Shown here: piece by piece, positions 59,746 through 64,000 of the stretch | Layout: each line of letters begins with the position of its first letter | Numbering within the stretch: position 1 is the stretch's first letter | Source of the DNA: Folioceros fuciformis | Taxonomy: Eukaryota | Length of the DNA stretch: 64,000 nucleotides | Assembly (NCBI GenBank): GCA_049999805.1 | Contig: JBNGIO010006396.1 | Span: 123,775 to 187,774 of the forward strand | Direction: 5' to 3' | Program-made: the position numbers and the translations under genes | Notes under the pieces: generated by a model | Seen by the model: only the letters and a program-made list of their open reading frames with translations | Told to the model about the DNA's origin: nothing | The model's database searches: none

Positions 59746-62700
59746 ATGGCTCTCTGGAGGCCTTCGCTGGAGTCGGAACGGGATCCGTTGTGGGTACATC
59801 ATTCGTGGACCCAACAATGTGGGGACCTGACGGGTGTTCGAGGAAGATCTCCAGCAAGGGTGAGTTCATGTAGTCAGGCGTGGGCGCAGGACGAAGCGGG
59901 GACGTGCAGCACCTGTGCAAGGAGGAGAGCTTGGGCAAGAGGATGTTTGGCTGGGGACAAATCATCCAGCGAATGTCGTAGCCAGGAGAACTTGTGGCAT
60001 CAATTTTTCCTTGACCCCTCACTTTGGTGGGACAACAGAAGAAATAAGAACCGAAGCCTCCGTTCGCCTGACTTCCGGCACAGAGAGTCGCAGGATGCCC
60101 TCTGGCTGAAGAATTTCTATAAGCCAGATTGGGTGGATGGGCAGCTTGCTGCTTGGGATATGAGGATGGGTCGTTCTGTCTTCGACAAGAGGCTGCGGGA
60201 TGGTTCTGACGCTCGCAGGGCTCCAAGTGAACGTGAGGTTGTAACTGCCGAAACAGTGAGGAGGCTATGTGACGAGGATCGTCTGACTGACGCTGTTGAT
60301 GCATTGGAAGTTTTGGTGCGGACGGACAGTTGGATTTCTAAATCTCTGCTTAGCTCTGTTTTGAAGAAATGTATTGTCAGGAAGGATCTTGTTCTGGGTA
60401 GACGTGTCCATGCTTGCACGGTGAAGAAGGGGTACCAAAAAGACACGTTCTTGTGCAACCACATTTTGCGAATGTATTCGTCTCATGGCAGATTGCAAGA
60501 CGCGATGGATGTGTTTGAAGCAATTGCTGAACCTGATGCGTTCACGTGGTCTGCCATAGTTTCTGCCCATGTGAGACATGGGCAAGACAAGCAGGCCATA
60601 GAACTGTACCATCGGATGCGGAGGTCCAGTGTGAAGCCTGATGGGCACGTATTTGTGGCAGCCCTTCAGGCTTGCGCAAGGGGATCCGACTTGAAGTCTG
60701 GGCAGCTGGTGCACGTTGATGTCTTGGCTAGCGGAATTGAGTCTGACCTATTTGTGTGTAACTGCTTGGTGAGCATGTACGCCAAGTGTGGCAGCTTGGA
60801 AGAAGCTCAAGGAGTGTTTGATCGGCTTCGTCGGAAAGATGTGGTGACGTGGAATGCCATGATAGCAGGATATTCCCAGCAGGGTATGGGGCAGGAAGCC
60901 CTTCGTCTGTACGAAGCGATGCAAGAAGAAGGCATGACGGCACCCGACTCTGTGACGTTTGTGTGCCTCCTGAAGGCGTGCGCAAGTGTGGGCTCTCCCG
61001 CTTTGGAGCAGGGGAAGCGTCTTCATTTGCAAATTAAAGCACAGGGACATGATGCTGAGGTGAATGTTGCCAACAGTTTGGTAGACATGTTTGCGAAGTG
61101 TGGCAGCTTGGAAGATGCACAGGGGGTGTTTAACGATCTGGGTCAAAAAGATTTGGTGACCTGGAATGCCTTGATTGCAGGATATGCAAAGCAGGGTATG
61201 GGGCGGGAAGCTCTCCGTCTCTACACTGCCATGCAGGAAGGCGGCTTGTCTGGGCCCAATCCTGTGACATTTGTTTGCCTTCTCCAGGCATGTGCAAGTT
61301 TGGGCACCCCGGCATTGAATTCGGGGAAGCAGCTTCATAGACAAATTAGAGAACAAGGTTATCAGGCTGATTTGGTGGTAGCCAGCAGTTTAGTCAACAT
61401 GTATGGAAAGTGTGGCAGCTTACAGGACGCTTTGAGGGTATTCAACGATCTTGGTCGCAAGAATGTGGTGACATGGACTGCCATGATAGCAGGATATTCC
61501 CAGCAGGGCATGGGGCTAGAGGCCCTTCGTCTTTACAAAGCTATGCAAGAAGAGGGCCTCGCTGTGCCCGATTCCGTAACATTTGTGTGCCTCCTAAAGG
61601 CATGTGCAAGTGTGGGGAGCCTGGCGCTGGAAGAGGGGAAGTATCTTCATTTGCAAATCAGAGAACAGGGATATGAGGCGGATGTAACTGTAGCCAACAG
61701 TTTGGTGAACATGTATGCAAAGTGCGGCAGCCTGGAAGATGCTAGAAGCGTGTTTAATGGAGTTGGAACAAAGGATGTGGTGACATGGACTGCCATGATA
61801 GCAGCATATTCGCAGCAGGGAATGGGAAACGAAGCCCTAAAACTTTACAGAGCTATGATAGGTGAAGGCGTGGCTGTACCTGACTCCGTGACATTTGTAT
61901 ACCTCCTGCAGGCATGTGCAAACGTGGGCAACCTGGCGCTGGCAGAGGGGAAATATCTTCATGTTGAAATCAACGAAGGAGGCTATCAAGCTGATGTGAT
62001 TGTAGCAAACAGTTTGGTGAACATGTATGCAAAGTGTGGCAGCTTGAAGGACGCCCAGAGAGTTTTCGATGGACTTCATCAAAAGGATGTGATGACGTGG
62101 AATATTCTGATAACAGGGTACTGCCAGCACGGTATGGGGCAGGAAGCCCTTGGTCTTCACACGGCTATGCAACAAGAAGGCTTGATTGTTGCCAATCCCG
62201 TGACATTTGTGTCTCTATTGCAGGCTTGTGCAGAGTTGGGCACCCTGGGGTTGGAGAAGGGCAAGCAGATTCATGTTCAAATCACAGAAAGAGGACATCA
62301 AGCTGATATGTTTGTGGCCAACAGTTTGGTAAACATGTATGCAAAGTGTGGAAGCTTGGGAGACGCTCAGCGAGTGTTTGATGAACTTGATCAAAAGGAT
62401 GTAGTGACGTGGAATGCCATGATAACAGGGTATTCTCAGCATGGTATGGGCCAGGAAGCGCTTTTACTGTACAATTCTATGCAAGCAGAAAATCTGACCG
62501 AACCCACCTGTGTGACATTTGTGAGCCTCCTGCAGGCATGTGCAAGCGTTGGCAGTCCAGCATTAGAGAAGGGGAAGCAACTTCATATGCAAATCCAAGA
62601 TAGAGGATATCAAGCTCATGTTTTTGTAGCCAACAGTTTGGTGAACATGTATGCAAAGTGTGGCAGCCTTGAACGTGCTCAGATTGTCTTTGACAGACTC

Positions 62701-64000
62701 CGTGAAAAGGATTTGGTGACCTGGAATACCATGATCGCTGGGTACTCCCAGCAGGGCATGTGTGAGGAAGCCCTCCGTCTCTACAGTGCCATGCAAGAAG
62801 GGGATATGGCTGCACCTGATTCTGTGACGTTTTTGTGCCTCCTGCAGGCATGCGCGTGTGTGGGCCCACAGGCATTGGACAAGGGGAAGCAACTTCATGC
62901 GCTAATCAATGAACAAGGCTTTCAAACGAATGCTTTTGTAGCCAACACGTTGGTGCACATGTATGCGAAATGTGGCAGTTTGCATGATGCTGAAAAAGTG
63001 TTCGATGGACTTGATGAAAAAGATGTGGTGACGTGGAATGTCATGATTGGCGGGTATTCACAGCAAGGCCTGGGGCAGGAAGCCCTTCGTCTCTACAGAA
63101 CTATGCAAGAAGAAGGCACGATTGCACTGGATTCAGTGACATATGTGTGCCTTCTACAGGCATGTGCATCTGTGGGCACCCTGGCCTTTGAGGACGGGAA
63201 GGATCTGCACATGCGAATCAAAGAAGAAGGACATCAAGCAGATGGAGCTATAGCCAATGGCTTGGTGAACATGTATACAAAGTGTGGCAGCTTGGTAGAT
63301 GCTGAGAGAGTGTTCGACGGGCTTGGTCAAAAGGATGTGTTAACATGGAATGTCATGATATCCGGATACACCCAGCAGGGTATGGGGCAGGAAGCCCTGC
63401 GTCTTCTCACTGGTATGCAAGAAGCCATGGCTTTAACCGATTCTGTGACGTATGTGTCCCTCCTGCAGGCATGTGCAAACATAGGCAGCTTGGCATTGGA
63501 TAAGGGGAAGCAGCTTCATGCTCAGATCAAAGAGCAAGGAACTCAGGCTGATATATTTGTCGCCAGCAGTCTCATGAACATGTATGCAAAGTGTGGGAGA
63601 GTGGAAGATGCTCGGACGGTGTTCGATGGCCTTGGTGAAAAAGATGTGGTGGCTTGGACTGCCATGATAGGCGGTTATTCCCAGCAGGGCATGGGGCAGG
63701 AAGCCCTTTCTCTTTACAGTTCTATGCAAGAAGAAGGAATAGCTATACCCGATTCTGTGACGTTTGTTTGCCTCCTGCAGGCGTGTGCAGATGTGGGCAA
63801 CCCGGCACTGGAGATGGGGAAGCATCTTCATAACGAAATCCGAGACCGGGGACATGAAGTTGATAGGTTTGTAGCCAACAGTTTAGTTAACATGTATGCA
63901 AAGTGTGGCAGCTTGGAGGATGCTCAGAGGGTGTTTGACCACATCGCAGAAAAAGATGTTGTGACCTGGAATGCCATTATAGGTGGGTATTCCCAGCAAG
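59746..64000 (+). CDS. Very long PLS-class PPR protein with N-terminal PDF motif; paralogue of 15460-19035; runs past the window end
   Basis: Frame open from ATG 59746 (MALWRPSLESERDPLWVHHSWTQQ) to 64000; KCG motifs recur every ~312 nt from 60784 to 63901. Absent from the ORF track because it has no stop in the window. Confidence 0.93.
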   Translation, partial: MALWRPSLESERDPLWVHHSWTQQCGDLTGVRGRSPARVSSCSQAWAQDEAGTCSTCARRRAWARGCLAGDKSSSECRSQENLWHQFFLDPSLWWDNRRNKNRSLRSPDFRHRESQDALWLKNFYKPDWVDGQLAAWDMRMGRSVFDKRLRDGSDARRAPSEREVVTAETVRRLCDEDRLTDAVDALEVLVRTDSWISKSLLSSVLKKCIVRKDLVLGRRVHACTVKKGYQKDTFLCNHILRMYSSHGRLQDAMDVFEAIAEPDAFTWSAIVSAHVRHGQDKQAIELYHRMRRSSVKPDGHVFVAALQACARGSDLKSGQLVHVDVLASGIESDLFVCNCLVSMYAKCGSLEEAQGVFDRLRRKDVVTWNAMIAGYSQQGMGQEALRLYEAMQEEGMTAPDSVTFVCLLKACASVGSPALEQGKRLHLQIKAQGHDAEVNVANSLVDMFAKCGSLEDAQGVFNDLGQKDLVTWNALIAGYAKQGMGREALRLYTAMQEGGLSGPNPVTFVCLLQACASLGTPALNSGKQLHRQIREQGYQADLVVASSLVNMYGKCGSLQDALRVFNDLGRKNVVTWTAMIAGYSQQGMGLEALRLYKAMQEEGLAVPDSVTFVCLLKACASVGSLALEEGKYLHLQIREQGYEADVTVANSLVNMYAKCGSLEDARSVFNGVGTKDVVTWTAMIAAYSQQGMGNEALKLYRAMIGEGVAVPDSVTFVYLLQACANVGNLALAEGKYLHVEINEGGYQADVIVANSLVNMYAKCGSLKDAQRVFDGLHQKDVMTWNILITGYCQHGMGQEALGLHTAMQQEGLIVANPVTFVSLLQACAELGTLGLEKGKQIHVQITERGHQADMFVANSLVNMYAKCGSLGDAQRVFDELDQKDVVTWNAMITGYSQHGMGQEALLLYNSMQAENLTEPTCVTFVSLLQACASVGSPALEKGKQLHMQIQDRGYQAHVFVANSLVNMYAKCGSLERAQIVFDRLREKDLVTWNTMIAGYSQQGMCEEALRLYSAMQEGDMAAPDSVTFLCLLQACACVGPQALDKGKQLHALINEQGFQTNAFVANTLVHMYAKCGSLHDAEKVFDGLDEKDVVTWNVMIGGYSQQGLGQEALRLYRTMQEEGTIALDSVTYVCLLQACASVGTLAFEDGKDLHMRIKEEGHQADGAIANGLVNMYTKCGSLVDAERVFDGLGQKDVLTWNVMISGYTQQGMGQEALRLLTGMQEAMALTDSVTYVSLLQACANIGSLALDKGKQLHAQIKEQGTQADIFVASSLMNMYAKCGRVEDARTVFDGLGEKDVVAWTAMIGGYSQQGMGQEALSLYSSMQEEGIAIPDSVTFVCLLQACADVGNPALEMGKHLHNEIRDRGHEVDRFVANSLVNMYAKCGSLEDAQRVFDHIAEKDVVTWNAIIGGYSQQ

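Overview
Gene-dense nuclear DNA of a seed-free land plant, with short (mostly ~60-130 nt) GT-AG introns. A hornwort is the best guess and a fern is possible; this is inferred from the co-occurrence of DYW:WW- and DYW:KP-type PPR editing factors, an intron-containing plastid penicillin-binding protein and the compact layout. In order, the window holds: the 3' part of a charged, His-rich jacalin-like gene; a mosaic tandem array of four intact tRNA-Arg(ACG) genes plus decayed copies; an LRR receptor-like pseudogene; a decayed PPR gene with a DYW:KP (U-to-C editing type) domain; a full-size ABCB transporter; an AT-rich repeat island; a PLS-PPR gene with an N-terminal OSB-type PDF motif and a truncated DYW:WW domain; a class A PBP; CYP701 (ent-kaurene oxidase); a variant polyubiquitin; a TOG/CLASP-N protein; FAAH; a 5xCCCH zinc-finger gene; two divergent peroxisomal hotdog thioesterases; a DUF1338/HglS-FLO7-like dioxygenase; an NSUN6/NOP2C-like m5C methyltransferase; type-A FtsH (spanning an N gap); an unannotated helical-bundle plus tubby/DUF6593-like fusion gene; and a second, very long PDF-PLS-PPR paralogue running off the window end. 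The most notable items are the PDF-PPR fusion family, the DYW:KP relic, the helical-bundle/beta-barrel fusion gene and the tRNA array. All calls come from motif recognition by eye; no searches were run.
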